NCBI GenBank assembly: GCA_036785375.1
Contig: JAWMAR010000245.1
Location: 372,001 to 436,000 of the forward strand
Origin: Leucoraja ocellata
Taxonomy: Eukaryota
Reading direction: 5' to 3'
Length of the DNA stretch: 64,000 bases
Position 1 is the stretch's first letter, and each line of letters starts with the position of its first letter. Position numbers and translations under genes: made by a program. Under the pieces are notes generated by a model that did no database searches, was not told the origin of the DNA, and saw only the letters and a program-made list of their open reading frames with translations. Positions 37,784 through 51,149 of this stretch are shown here, one piece after another.

Positions 37784-40357
37784 CAGCAACACAAGTTAAT
37801 CTGTTTAATTTATATAACATTTATGAAATATTGTAACCTTACAATGAAGGCAAATGTCTCAATAATTGTGATATTAGAATGGCTGAATTGTCATTAAATA
37901 ATATCTGGTTTTGTCAGGACAGGAAATCTACTGTTCTTATCCATTCTGGTCAATGTGTGACTCCAGGCTCACTATAGAGTAGCTGAGTAATTTGCCTACA
38001 TCTTGTCATTCTGTTGCATCAAAAGTATTATTTTAAACCTGAATTTGAATAAAAATATTGCAGTTCTGCTGCATCTCGTTCAGAATAGTGGTGAACAATT
38101 AAACAGCTGATGGGAGGAGAAGGCTCCAGAACATTCCTGCCTTCATTGATGACAGCGTTCAGCATTTTAATGTCAAATAAAAGCAGCACATACAGCCATA
38201 AGTGACAAGTGAATAATCCATTTGCTTCTTACTCCACGTGATATTAAGAAGAGACCAAGCGATACATCAAAGAGTGAACAACATCTGTGGTTGTTGCATT
38301 CAAGATATAACTTCCATGAAAAACTGCATTGAGCTGACCAATTTATGTATGATTACAACACTGACATTGTACAAACTTATCCAGGATGTCACGTGGACAA
38401 AATGCTGAGCAGAATTATATTTGCCTGATCAGTATCCTCTCAAATCTCAGCAAATGATGGAAGGTATCGCCAACAGTTTAAGAGATTTTGTTGTACAGAT
38501 GTTGGTGAGGCCATTTGTGAAATATTGTGTATTACATTTGGTGCCCTTACCTAAACATGGATATACAGGTTGAAACTCTGTCGTCTGACATTATGTGGCC
38601 CAGCAGCTCCTGTGGTCCAGCATATTTTTGGTCTTGATGTTTGCTTATTATTCTCACATGTACTGAGAAACAATTAACTTGTTGTTTGCATGCCACCCAG
38701 TCAAATTGTACTAGAGCAAAAACATTCAAATTCTAGTTTTAAATAATACCTTTCATACAACAAATCATTTGGTTCTGTCAGGCCAGGACATCTACCATTC
38801 CTGTCACTGTCGTTTAGCTGACACATTGAATGCATGAAAGGTACTATTGATGATATCCAGCATTGCTGGCTGTCCTAATAACATTCTTAACTGTAATGGA
38901 ATTTAATTTGACGTGAAACAACATGAAATTGTATCTGCTTAATGACATGTACAATCAATATTGTGATGATATCCATTCCTGGCAATGATTCCTATTTTCC
39001 TGGTGGAAGATAAGTGGGATTCCTTCATTGCCAGAAATTAAAGGTGTGAATCACACAATTTCTCTGGAAAAGACCAAGTAATTTGACATTTGAAACTTCA
39101 GGGCATTTAGATGAATAGCATTTAATGAAGAGTTAGTATGATGTGGATTGGGCTAGGTCGCTTCCACTGGTTTGTTTCACCATACCCGCAGTACAGGTGC
39201 AACCAATGTTTAGCCAACTTTCAAAGTTAAATGGTTAAAGGAGTAACAGGAGGCACAAGTTTAAGAAAATGGGCAAAAAAGGGTTGTTTATAAATAAATT
39301 GCTGTTAACAGGATATCATTCTCTAACACAGGATTATTAATGTGGTATCTGTAAGATCTTTTGAAAGACAATTGCATAGTTGCTTAAAATAGACAAGCCT
39401 TAATGCCTGTGTGAGAGTAAATTGGAGAGTGGTCACTGGTGATGGAGAATACAACAGACTTAATGATAGAAAGCTTCTTTCTTTACGATAACATCCTATC
39501 CCAGCCCCAAGCAACTTGTCAAAAGTCGTTGACTTGGTCAAAATATGAAGTGGTTATATGGAGTTATAATCCATCAAAGGTCACCGCAGAAATACAGACA
39601 TACTTGTCTGAGAAATAGTGTCTGCGGAATCCATTGTTGAGTTATATCACGCAGTACAAATAAGCCTGCAGCTAGATACTACATGTAATTGATAGGGAGG
39701 AAATAGTGAGAAAATAATTATTTTAGTGGCTATGTTATATAGTTTAGCTGCAGAATTTTACTGTTCATTGTTATAGCATATTGACTATGTAATATGTACA
39801 TTTATATAGATATTAGTTCCAGAGCAGATTTAATATTGCAGGCTCTTGCCACAGAGAGATGTTGGGAGTTTTACTGTCATCATTTCTGTATTGTGAGGCA
39901 ATTTAATTTCCTTCACATACTGAATTTTACAAACGGCTCCGAGCAATGAACCACACACATCTGCTGATGTTGCCAAGAGTGGATAACAACTGTCTTTGTT
40001 ATCACAGGAAAACTATGTGTATCAAGTATTAGTTCAGAAGTATGGGTGTATAATTATGAAATGATTTTGGCAAATGCACAACAGAACACTAAATTGTGCA
40101 GCAATTTTAGGTCTTTGGATGCCAATAGTTTAGGGTTTTTTTTGCAGTTTTGAATTTGAAAAAGTCTGAATATTGTTCCTGAACATAGGCTGGATATGAG
40201 ACAAATATTCAATTTGCCAACATTTGAACACTGAAAAGCTAGAGTATTTACATGGGCTGCTGAAATATTATGTTTTCTAGATTCTGATTAGTAAACTGTC
40301 CACATACACTAATGATAAATATAACAATAAATAAATGACGAGTACGAGTACAAGAAA

Positions 40358-40695
40358 GGAAAAAGGAGGAGGAGCCCGAAGGCTGGGGGATGGGAGGAGA
40401 CAGCAGGGGGACTGAGGAAGGGGAGGAGACAGCAAGGACTAACAAATTTGGGAGAATTCGATGTTCATGCCCCCAGGATGCAGACTCCCCAAGCGGAATA
40501 TGAGGTGCTGTTCCTCCAATTTCCGGTGTTGCTCGCTGTGGCCATGGAGGAGACCCAGGACAGAGAGGTCGGAGACGGAGTGGGAGGGGGAGTTGAAGTG
40601 TTGAGCCACCGGGAGGTCAGCTTGGTTATTGCGGACCGAGCGGAGGTGTTCGGCGAAACGATCGCCCAACCTCTGCTTGGTCTCACCGATATAGA
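40358..40695 (-). mobile_element. Penelope-like retroelement fragment: C-terminal GIY-YIG endonuclease plus start of 3' UTR
   Basis: Reads YIGETKQRLGDRFAEHLRSVRNNQADLPVAQHFNSPSHSVSDLSVLGLLHGHSEQHRKLEEQHLIFRLGSLHPGGMNIEFSQIC*, i.e. the YIG, R..EH, E and terminal N motifs of PLE GIY-YIG domains. Confidence 0.9.
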
Positions 40696-40767
40696 TACTC
40701 CTCTGCAGTTCTGGTGATGGATGGGGTGCAGCAATTTAGTCAGCTCTGCACAGGAGAGCAAGGTTTT

Positions 40768-40866
40768 ACTGAAGATAGACACGAAAAGCTGGAGAAACTC
40801 AGTAGGACAGGCAGCATCTCTGGAGAGAAGCAACGGGTGACATTTCGGGTCAAGACCCTTCTTCAG
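40768..40866 (-). mobile_element. PLE terminal-repeat single arm next to the GIY-YIG fragment
   Basis: Family arm ending TTTCGGGTCAAGACCCTTCTTCAG. Confidence 0.75.
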
Positions 40867-43390
40867 GTTTTTCCAACCTAAGGAAATTATCAGTTTAGTT
40901 CGCACCAACTGAGTTGAGTTGACTGGGCATGTGCATTTGTATATCTTTATGTGTGTGTTGGTGAGACAGTATGTGTACGTATAGTTGAACACCTTTCCAT
41001 ACTTGTCCTGAAGCCTGATAATTTGCAGAATTTACCTAATATCCAGTGAACACTGATCTCAGGATCCCTTTTGTCTTCCGGAACTTGTGTCAAACGTAGA
41101 TGGACTCCCGTGGCTGTGCGGGTTGGTCGGTGCACATACCGCATATACAACACACATTACATTGAGGAGTATGTGAACCAGGAGCTGTGGAGATTCTGCG
41201 TTTGACATGCACTAACATAATTCTGTCTATATATTTTATTTAATAGTTCATGTATTTTCCCCATAAACATCAGTTATAAAAAGTGTAGATTTAAACTATG
41301 ATTGAGTGACATATATATATTGTCCTATAATTGATAAATAATAGCATCTTGTGCAAAAGAAAGTATTTTTTTGAGTTCTGTCTATCCCATTAATACGTTT
41401 TGATTGCACAAGTATACTTGGAAACTCCATAATTTGTCCGAGTCCAAATATAAATGATTGGCTAAGCTGAGTCTTGATGTCGGCCAATAGCAAAGTTCCC
41501 AGTATCTTGGTAGGAACCAGAATATGTGGTCACGAACGAAATATTCAGTTGGAAAAGATTGTGACTCAGCGTTAGGAAAACTGACAAGAAATGCCCTGGG
41601 GTGGCAATGTGATGGAGAAATAGATGCGAGTTAATCAACGTATGTGAGAGAACCGGCACGAGTGTTATGTGCAGAGATCCATTTGGTTAAAACTCAGCGG
41701 GTCAGACAGCATCTCTGGAGAAAAGCAATAGGTGACGTTTCGGGTCAAGACCCTTCTTGTTAACCAATTCTATCTTATTCCATAATTATCTTGAAGTAAA
41801 TAGAACAATGGTCCTCACTGACATATCTGCCACTTGTCCAGCCTCGTAAACTAACATGAGGTTGAGTGTAGCCATTGTATAGTAGAGCTATCTACATATT
41901 GCTTCAGAAAAATTTCCCGGACACTTAATAACAGATTCTGCCCCATCTAAATCGTCAGCACCATGACATTTCCCATCAAAGTTAAAATCATCTAATATTA
42001 CTAACCTATTGTTCCTTCACTTATCTGCAATTTCCTTAAATATTTGCTCCTCTAAATAAAATCATCAAACAATTACATTGGATGTTAAATTGTGTGTGGG
42101 TTTTCATTAATGCAAGAACATGCAGTATAATGCGGATGTTATAAGCAAACATTAAAATAAAATGAAAACCAACCAAAAACTCAAGAAATGTTATATTCTC
42201 ATTAATGTGCAATGGAGCATTTGCTGTAATTCTCCAACCAGATCAGGATACAACACCTGTAAATGGAGGGTTCTGATATTTCTTCTATTAGTCTCCTGTT
42301 TTACTTCGGAGTGAAATGCTCTGAAATTTGAAGACGCCACCATGTGGCATGACATGCAAATTAAGACCTGAATCCTACAGCTCAAGTCTTGTAACCAGAA
42401 AATATGCAAATATTTCGATGGCTGTGGAGTTTACAGTTTTGTTGTATGCTGGCGGGTTGTGCAAAAATGGGATACCTATTTATTGGGGTTTTAACCATCC
42501 CACATGCAGTTACCTCAATTAACACAGATTTCTGAGATGCTTTTATTGAAGATAAAATCTGTATAAGGAACTATGATGGCGTGTACAAGATTCACAGAGT
42601 CAAAGCATCGTCATTGATGTAAATTGATTCTCTTAAAGGTAAGTTGAAAGTCTTTAAAAGCAATCGGAGCAGAGTATTATTTGGGAGATTTCATTGGAAT
42701 TCTCTGCTTTAAAAGGACATTATAAGCTACACGAAGCGCTGCCTCAAGTAGGCAGATGCTATAATCAAAGAGCCACATTACCCTGTTTACATTCTCATTT
42801 TGTTGCTATTGTTGGGGAAAAGAGGTACAGGAGTCTGACAACCATTACCTCCATGGTCAAGAATAGCTTCTCATCAATCATCAGTTTCCTGAACCGCCCT
42901 GCACAACCCCAACTACAACCCTATGTTAGCATCGAACCACTACGGACTATTGTATATTGTTATTGTTGTTGCATCTAATATGCCTGTACAGCTACAGCGA
43001 GTAAGAATTTCATTGCTCTGGTTCATATCTGGTGCACCTGACAAACACTTTCTTAAATGAATTTCAATTAATCGCAAGAATGAATTAAGCTTTGAATACA
43101 AGTACGGCATCATTTGCTTCCTGAATGAGTGCTATTGCTGCATAATGTGAAACAGGTTCTTTTCAGTTTAATTGCCTGTGAAAATGGTTTTGCAAAGTTC
43201 TCAAATATAATTCACTCTATCAAGTGGGATATTAATGCGATTTGGGATGTCAATAAATGTAACACATTTGCAGGAAGTAATATAGTTATGATCATGGTTT
43301 TATAATTTAACCTTCATGACTTAAAATGTTTTGCTGTTTTCGTGTTGTAATCTTTGCATGTCGTGTGGGTATACTTTCATAGAATATGAT

Positions 43391-44015
43391 GGCCCCCTCC
43401 TCTTCATCATTTACATCCTCCCCCTTGGTCAGATACTCCGCCACTTCAACCTGGACTTCCACTGTTATGCCGATGACACCCAGATCTACCTCGGCAACAT
43501 CTCCCACCGGATCACCTACTAAATCCTGATCCTCACCTACAAAGCCCTCCACCATCTGCCCCCCCCCATATCTCACTGACCTCTTCTCCCCCTACCAACC
43601 CTCACGGTCCCTCAGATCCACATCAGCCGGTCTCCTCTCCATCCACAAGTTCAACCTCCGCAGTTTTGGAGACAGAGCCTTCTACAGGGCAGCTCCCAGG
43701 CTCTGGAACTCCCTCCACCAACTGATCCGCAATTCCGTGTCCCTCACCATCTTCCATTCCCGCCTCAAGACCCATCTCTTCACCTCTGCCTATCCTTAGC
43801 CCCACGTCCCCCTCCCTTTTCATCTGTGCATTAATTGCCTCATATTGTGTTTTGAATTGTATTCTGTCTTTACTTTGTGTACTAGTCATGTCTCTACTAT
43901 TTATTTCATTCCCCTTACATGTTTTTCCTCTACCTGCTAAATTTTTGTAAGGTGTCCTTGAGACTCTTGAAAGGTGCCCATAAATAAAATGTATTATGAT
44001 TTATTATTATTATTA
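43391..44015 (+). mobile_element. L2-clade LINE fragment (RT piece joined to 3' end)
   Basis: [36 protein letters not shown] motif, then C-terminal ORF2 (RAF..AAPRLWNSL), AATAAA and a (TTA)n tail. Confidence 0.85.
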
Positions 44016-44214
44016 ATAATAATAATATTAATGAATGGTGAAACCAAATAATTTGAGCATGAGAGGTACAGAAGGGTGCAGGTTGCTATTGAACTAGACA
44101 GGTGAGGTTTCAATCAATGATCCAGGCATGCAAGTTTGAATCACTGGAAAACCAAATTGAAGTAATGAAAACATCTAAAAATAAAATAAAAGCAAATTTG
44201 TGTAATGGCAGCCA

Positions 44215-44522
44215 TTACTTGAAATTGGGGAATTCAGTGCTCAAAGCTACCTGATGAGTTCTTCCAGTTTGCATAGGGTCTCACTCTGGCAATGGAGGAG
44301 GCCCAGGACAGAAAGGTTCTTATTGGGAAAGGGAAGGGAAGCTAAAATGGTTAACGATCATTCCAGCAGGCCTTGAAGGATTGAGTATAAATGTTTGGCA
44401 AAATGGTTGCTTTGTTAATTAACATTTGCTCTCGCTGATGTAAAGGCCATATCTTGAGCACCAAATGCAATGGACAAGGCTGGAAGAGGTGCACATCAAC
44501 CTCTATCTCACCTGGAAGGGCT
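44215..44522 (-). mobile_element. Degenerate Penelope-like GIY-YIG fragment
   Basis: Nucleotide similarity to 40440-40690 (e.g. ATGGAGGAGGCCCAGGACAGA vs ATGGAGGAGACCCAGGACAGA). Minus strand reads FQVR..CTSSSLVHCIWCSR.GLYI, the PLE CxxC-YIG region, with stops and frameshifts. Confidence 0.75.
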
Positions 44523-45961
44523 GCTGGATCCGCTGAATGGAATTGAGACTGGAGTAGGGAAACTATTAGATCATGTTTAACAACTCATCCGATTCACCAA
44601 AGTGACATCCTGACATCCTTACCCAATTGACCTGTATGTCACCCCGCCCCTTAAATATGGTTTATTCTTTACAGCCTTCTTAGTTCAGGGATAGACAATA
44701 GATGCTGGTGACATCCATATGCTTGAGTGAATAAATTTAGTAAAAATAATTGACAGTGATTATGTTACAAGTCACATAGGAGTATTAGCTAATGAGTTCC
44801 AATCCCACTAAGCTTCAATAACAGAGAGCCCTAACCACAATCCCTTAACAATCAATGACACGGCCATCATTGACTACACAATGTAGGATCAATGTGGATC
44901 AGAAATGCAATTGGGCCAGCCACTGTAATACAAGACCAGGTCACAGACTGGTCATTCTGTAGTGAGCTACTTGCCTCTTGTACAGCCCTCTCTTATTTCC
45001 GGCAAATGCATGGCACAAATCAGGAATGTGCTGGAACATTTTCCACCGCCTTTCTCAATTTCTGTACGTAGTGTCTCAAATACACAGCGAACCCAGCAAC
45101 TCTCCATGGCTCTTTTTGAAGACACGATGAACTGCAGATGTGCTTCTGAAACTAATTGACCTGTTTATGTAAAGATAGATCCAAAGATGCTGCTAGACCC
45201 GCTGAGTTACTCTAGCAGATAGACACGAAAAGCTGAAGTAACTCAGCGTCCTCAAGCACCTTGTGTCCTTTGTTTCCACACAATCTGACCTGTTCGTGCA
45301 AACAGTGATGGCTGCAATAGATCAGGCGGATGCTTGAATTTCTGTTTTGTTTCAATAACAATTACATTTATTTAACATATTTAATAGAATAATAACTCAG
45401 GTGGCACACTTATGCATCGTGCACCGTCTAACCACGACTGCTCTTTGCAAGAGCAGGTTTTTGGCAGCTAGATTTTCACTTAATTTGACCTTAGACTGAC
45501 ATCATAATATTCCGAGCAATCTGCGTGTCGTCTGAATGTTAAATGTGAAATCAGTTTGGGGAATTTCGAGCGTTTTTTTCTCTTTTCTGGGTCCCGGCAA
45601 GGGCGGCGTTCGTACTATTTTTGGTTGTGAGGTCCAAACATCTGGTACCCAGGCGGAGGTCTGGGTGGCTGGGTGGCTGGGTGTATTGTCTGCAGGTGAT
45701 GGATCTAGCTGAGAATTGCTGAACGCTATCTCGGGGCTGACCACTTCTTGTTCCCGTTTCGGCATTTGCAAAATTGAATGTATTTGTATTGGCACGACGC
45801 CCGCTACCAGCGGTTGTCATCGAAGTCAGTCTTTACTCGTAGCATTGGGAAAGTGAGAATTCATGCCTCCGGAAGCGACTTCACCTCAATGAAGTTTTGT
45901 CCGTGATTTCTCACCATCAGCAAACTCTTTAGGATGATGGCACGCGATCTTTGATAATGAT

Positions 45962-46132
45962 AAGACACAAAATGCTGGAGTAACTCAGAGGGGACAGACA
46001 GATTCTGAAGAAGGGTCTCCACCCGAAACGCCACCCTTCTTCCTTCTTCCCATAGATGCTGCCTGTACCGCCGAGTTACTCCAGCATTTTTGTGTCTATC
46101 TTCGGTGTAAACCAGCATCTGCAGTTCCTTCT
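45962..46132. mobile_element. PLE-derived fold-back element
   Basis: GACACAAAATGCTGGAGTAACTC / GAGTTACTCCAGCATTTTTGTGTC arms; CTGAAGAAGGGTCTCCACCCGAAACGCC centre. Confidence 0.8.
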
Positions 46133-46208
46133 TGCACTGGCCGGAGTTACAGGAGGCGGTGGTGATGGGGGGGGGGGGGGAGGGAGGCGAGGGAACATGA
46201 ATACATAC

Positions 46209-46428
46209 AAGGTTACACAGAAAAGCTGGAGAAACTCAGCGGGTGCAGCAGCATCTATGGAGCGAAGGAAATAGGCAACGTTTCGGGCCGAAACCCTTCT
46301 TCAGATGCTGTGCAGATTCAGAGGCAGATTCAGATTCAGATTCCATAGATGCTGCTGCACCCGCTGAGTTTCTCCAGCTTTTCTGTGTAACCTACGATTC
46401 TCCAGCATCTGCAGTTCCCTCTTTAACA
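46209..46428. mobile_element. PLE-derived fold-back element with (CAGATT)n-like spacer
   Basis: TSD ATGAATACATACAAGGT at 46197-46213 and 46429-46445 (overlaps the arm end); identical arms. Confidence 0.9.
46274..46305 (-). ncRNA. Minimal hammerhead motif
   Basis: Minus strand CTGAAGA-A-GGGTTTCGGCCC-GAAACGTT-gcc. Confidence 0.6.
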
Positions 46429-47559
46429 ATGAATACATACAAGGTCCTTTGCAAGGAAGGTGTGAGCGTTGTGACGATTTGCTGGCAGAAGGCGCCAGGC
46501 TATTTCCGAAATGTCGCTGCATAATAATACGAAGCCATCGAGAGCAGTCTGCGGCCCGCACTTTGATCATCTCGGCTCCCTTCTCAGGGGTGGGTGGGTG
46601 CCCACCTATCTCCCTGTGGAAGTCATGTAATTTAATGTCTGCAGAGTCCGCTGCTGCACTGGCGCTCGGTGCAAGTCAACGCGAAGGCTCTGTGGGGGTG
46701 GGGGGAGGAGGAGGAGGACCACAGTCTGGTCTGCTTCCTTTGGTGAATATTGAGGGAACACCCCACAAACTAGGAAAGGGAAATCACCCCAGGGGCCACA
46801 TGAGGGGCAAGAGTGTTTTGTGTAAAGCCAGGTGTTAACACTTTTGACTATGACACTATTGAATGTATAGATCTCAAATTTGTATGAAGAGTTTATTTAC
46901 AGTATTTGGTTTGTACATATTTTTATCATTCTAAATTAAATTCATTTTTTTAATGAAAAAAACCCCCGGAAAAGTAATGACCCCACAAAAGCTCAATCGC
47001 TCAAAAAGTTTACCTTTTCCAAATTAATTCATTGTCGGCTAATGGTTTACAGATGTCTCTGGCATTTCAAATGTGAATCTGCGTGCACCATGTAGTATAA
47101 ATATAGTTTAATACGTTTCAAAACTACTGTTGGACTCTTGGCTGTTTCCCTTTCGACCATTTAGTTGCCCCCCCCCCCCCCCCCCCACAAGTTTATTGAC
47201 GACAAATTTCTATTGAGTCTGTTGAACGGTTCAACAGATGGGAATGCGCTTTCCTTGGGCTGGCTGTGGCATGCTGGTACATCATCTACCAGCCCCCGGG
47301 ACGCCGTGTTTGTACAGCCCACGATCTGTATCCATTTGGTGTTTGGTTAACACTGGTGGTGGGGCACGCTCTGGGCGTGGTGTTGGCTGCTTCACCGGCC
47401 AGGCGTCTCCCCCTCTTCTCCACTCCACCACATTGATACATTCCGCCTTTTTTTTGTTATCGAATAGAGTTTCTGGGAGGGGGGGGGGGGGCACACACAA
47501 AACGGACAATGGAGCAACAACGTTCGTTTCTCTTTCAACGTGTAAACACACTTTCAGAC

Positions 47560-47868
47560 GCCCAACCTGAAGCTAAACCTTTCTTTCTCCGTTTATTGTG
47601 ATAGTCCCCGACCAATCGGAGCGAGGAGATGCCCCTCATAAAAAAACTCTTGTCTTCATTAGTGGAATCGCGAGTATCCATTCGGAGGCCAGATACTGCA
47701 GCCGGGAGCTGTAGGACTGCGGGTCGAGTTCCTCGGGGGGTACTATTAGAGTCAGTGGATGCGGTGGGCTTGACTGCCTTTGACCTGCTGTGTTGACAGA
47801 GCGCCGTGGCGGTGCGATTGCTGGCGCGGGGAGCGCTCCATGCGGGATTCACCCCGGACACGATCACC
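47560..47868 (+). promoter_or_regulatory. CpG-rich WNT5B proximal region (candidate promoter / 5' UTR)
   Basis: CCAAT at 47612-47616, TATA-like CATAAAA at 47637-47643, CpG-rich. Also a candidate acceptor tgttgacag|A at 47799/47800. Confidence 0.5.
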
Positions 47869-47948
47869 ATGACTGGGCTTCACCTCCTCTTGGCTGCCGC
47901 TCTGCTCTCCAGCTTTTCCCAGAGCTTCGTGCAGGCAAACTCCTGGTG
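47869..47948 (+). CDS. WNT5B: Wnt-5b first coding exon (signal peptide MTGLHLLLAAALLSSFSQSFVQANSW)
   Basis: ACCATGA start context, hydrophobic signal peptide ending in the Wnt5 ANSWW motif, donor TG|GTAAGT. 80 nt, phase-compatible with the next exon. Confidence 0.9.
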
Positions 47949-48774
47949 GTAAGTACCCCCAATGCTTTGCACTTTATTTTCCTGTCAAGCACTCTCGTAC
48001 GAGTTTCATGATCAAAGTTAGTTCATTTCGAGCGCTGGGGTGGGTGATGTTGGGGTCAGTAATTATTACAGTAAAAACAAACACACCCACACACACATAG
48101 TACATAGCGAGGCGGGATAGCGATATTAGATACTGTGGGACTTTATTGCAATTAATCGATTTTAATAGTGGGTCCCCACTTGAAGAAAGATGCGGAATTT
48201 AGCATTGTAACCACATTTCTGGATACAGGTTTAATCGTTAATAGATTCAGGTTATATATATCATTGCCTATATTGTGCTGAGAAGAGATTTACCGCCTGA
48301 CACTGCACTTTTTGGAACCCGTGATCAAAACTTCAGTGTATTTATTTATCTCATATAAACGAGCTGGCAAACACGCGTGAGCGGTCGCTTGCAAAACAAT
48401 TATCCACTGCGATTTTCAATCCACAATATCGATCATTGATTGGTACTGTATGTCTTGAAAAATATGTGTTCCACAACGTGAAAAATATAATCCACAGTAG
48501 ATGATTTCATACAAATACAAAAAAAATGTTTTCTTAAAACGAATAGTTTCCCCCCCCCCCCTCTAATTAAGCTCTAATCAATTAACAGAGCTGGGGATAG
48601 TCCTTAATGTGAACCGTATTTTGCTTAGAAATGCAAAGAAAAACGTATTTAAACAAATACTGAGGTCATTTTGCAAAGTAAATAAACACCATTCAACGAG
48701 ACAGTTTCAACATTCACGCTGTAAGATAATGTCCATTCTCCTAATAAACATGCTTTTTTAAAATCCACATTTAG

Positions 48775-49022
48775 GTCTTTGGCAATGAACCCAATTCAAC
48801 GGCCTGAGATGTATATTATTGGCGCCCAACCTCTCTGCAGCCAACTGAACGGCCTGTCGCAGGGGCAGAGGAAGTTGTGCCAGCTGTACCAAGATCATAT
48901 GGTTTACATTGGCGAGGGGGCAAAGACGGGCATCAAGGAATGCCAGTACCAGTTCAGGCAGAGGCGATGGAATTGCAGCACCGTAGATAACACCTCCGTG
49001 TTTGGAAGGGTGATGCAGATAG
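48775..49022 (+). CDS. WNT5B: Wnt-5b second coding exon ([21 protein letters not shown]...GRVMQI)
   Basis: Acceptor tttag|G, donor G|GTGAGA, 248 nt. QRPEM is Wnt5b-type (Wnt5a has QMSEV). Confidence 0.96.
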
Positions 49023-51149
49023 GTGAGACTTTCCACTGCGGTCGGTGCATGACAAAAGGAAGTTTCTATGAAACAGAGGTTTAGCACGCAAGTGTTAGAT
49101 CCGTTTTGTTCGTCCCCTTTGAACAAAAGTGCAGCCGAACCCTTTTCTCTGGAAGCGCGACCCTGTGAGTCATTAGTCCTTGTCGTCTAGGGCTATAGTA
49201 AGGTGTCGCCTCGATTCATTGTCCCTGGCTTTTTTTGAAATTCAATTATCCATTCACAGGGTTTCGAGAAATCCGGGAGTAGATTGATGTTACCGACACG
49301 CAGTGTAATAAATGAAGGTGTCAGTCAGGGGGCTGGGGGGAGAGATGAGCCCAATTCCATGTACAGAGCAGATGGATTGGCCACAGTTCCAGGGCACCTC
49401 TATTCTTTCCACCGCTTCCTTAGTTTAGCCGCTTCTATCTGGTTCTTGGAGGGGGGGGGGGGGGGGGGGAGGGTGCTTTTGTTTACAGTGTGTGTGTGTG
49501 TGTCCACCTCAGATGTCTTGTCACGTCAGCAAAGTCATTCATTAAAAAAAAGTGACGGCTGGGAAAACGCTGTATCCAAGTTCGTTCGTTCATCTTGGAA
49601 GAATGTTTGCTTGCCCACACAGTTATACTAGAGGCCAGCCAAGATCTGTGCACCTGCACTTCGCTCACCAATACCAACCCCACCCCCCACCCCCTCCCCG
49701 TTGTGCGTTTTGTAGATGTTGAAAATGCCCATTATTTAGTATGAATTTGTCCCCGCTGATTTGCAGGAGTGGCATTCAAAATATAATTGAATACCCCCTC
49801 GATAAAAAAAACCCAGAGGAGACTGCAGATGCTGGCATCCCGTGTAGAACACAGCGTTGGAGTTGCTCAGACTAACCCGCTGAGACACTCCAGCACGTTT
49901 GTGTTCGACCCGATAAAATAACATGGTTTAGCTTGTTTTTCAGAAGAACTGATAAACAGAAACGTGAGTTTCATCACATGGGATTAACGTTTGGAATAAA
50001 AATAGATGCACGACGCAAGTGTATTTCAATAAGATTAAATTAAAATATAAGTTATCTCTTTACCTTAAGTGACGTTAAAGTAACAGCGTCGTATTTGCCT
50101 ATTAAACTCTAATAGTTACAATGACTAAATATCCCCTCTTAAATTATCCACTTGGTGGGGGTATTACTTCTAGTGCTTTACTTTCTCATCTCCTGGAACG
50201 ACTCTGGGGCATGGATGTTTACAAATAGAAAGTGTGATATTTCTTAAAAGGTAAGGATGGGGCAACAGATGGTATAGGCACCATAACATAGACATGGCAG
50301 GACCATTCACAAACTGTGGACTGTTTTCCCTTGTATTTGTAATATATTAAGAAGCTTTTCAATAGTCCAATTGTTTGCCTTTCTTTGTCTTTCTTGGGCT
50401 TATAAAGTTAGCTGCCTGCAATGTTTTGAAGTTCAATTAAACATGTTTTTACTAAGCATCATTTTTCATTTTGGGCTGACCTGCCTTTTATGTGTAAAAA
50501 TAATACTTAATGTTCCACTTATTACCATTTTTTGAGGAAGCTTCATAATACAGATACTAATGGAATTGAATCTTCAATATGTACAGTGAAGTTTAACATA
50601 TTCAAATATAGAACGCATCATTAAATGGACTGAAGAATTCTGCTTGTACTGAATATTTGCTGATTTAAACTTTCAGCAATCAATACTTCTTTGTGAATAC
50701 CCTTAACTATTTAATGTCTACCCCTAATAAAATGTTGTTTATTGGTTACTTTTGCCATTTTATAACTGACCTTCAAATCCATTAGCTATTTCAAATCTCA
50801 CAATCGCCAATCGCAAATACTATTCCCTTATATATATTCCTGCTTTAATTATGGTTTATCTTTTTTGTATTTGGGGGGAATGAGTCAGTGATCATAATTC
50901 TTCACTTTAATTGATATAGAGTGAAAATAAAAATGAGATAGTTTGAATGAGTGTCAAAATCAACAGATTTTCAGATACAGTCACCATTGCCTTGGATGTG
51001 GAAATGACCCAACCCCCCCCCCCCTCCCCCAACTAGGAACATAAAACAGTACAGCGCTGGAACAGGCCCTTTGGCCCACATTATTAATGCAAATTAACAT
51101 CAAATATTACAACTAGAATGATAAGTGAATATTTTGCATTGGTATTTAT

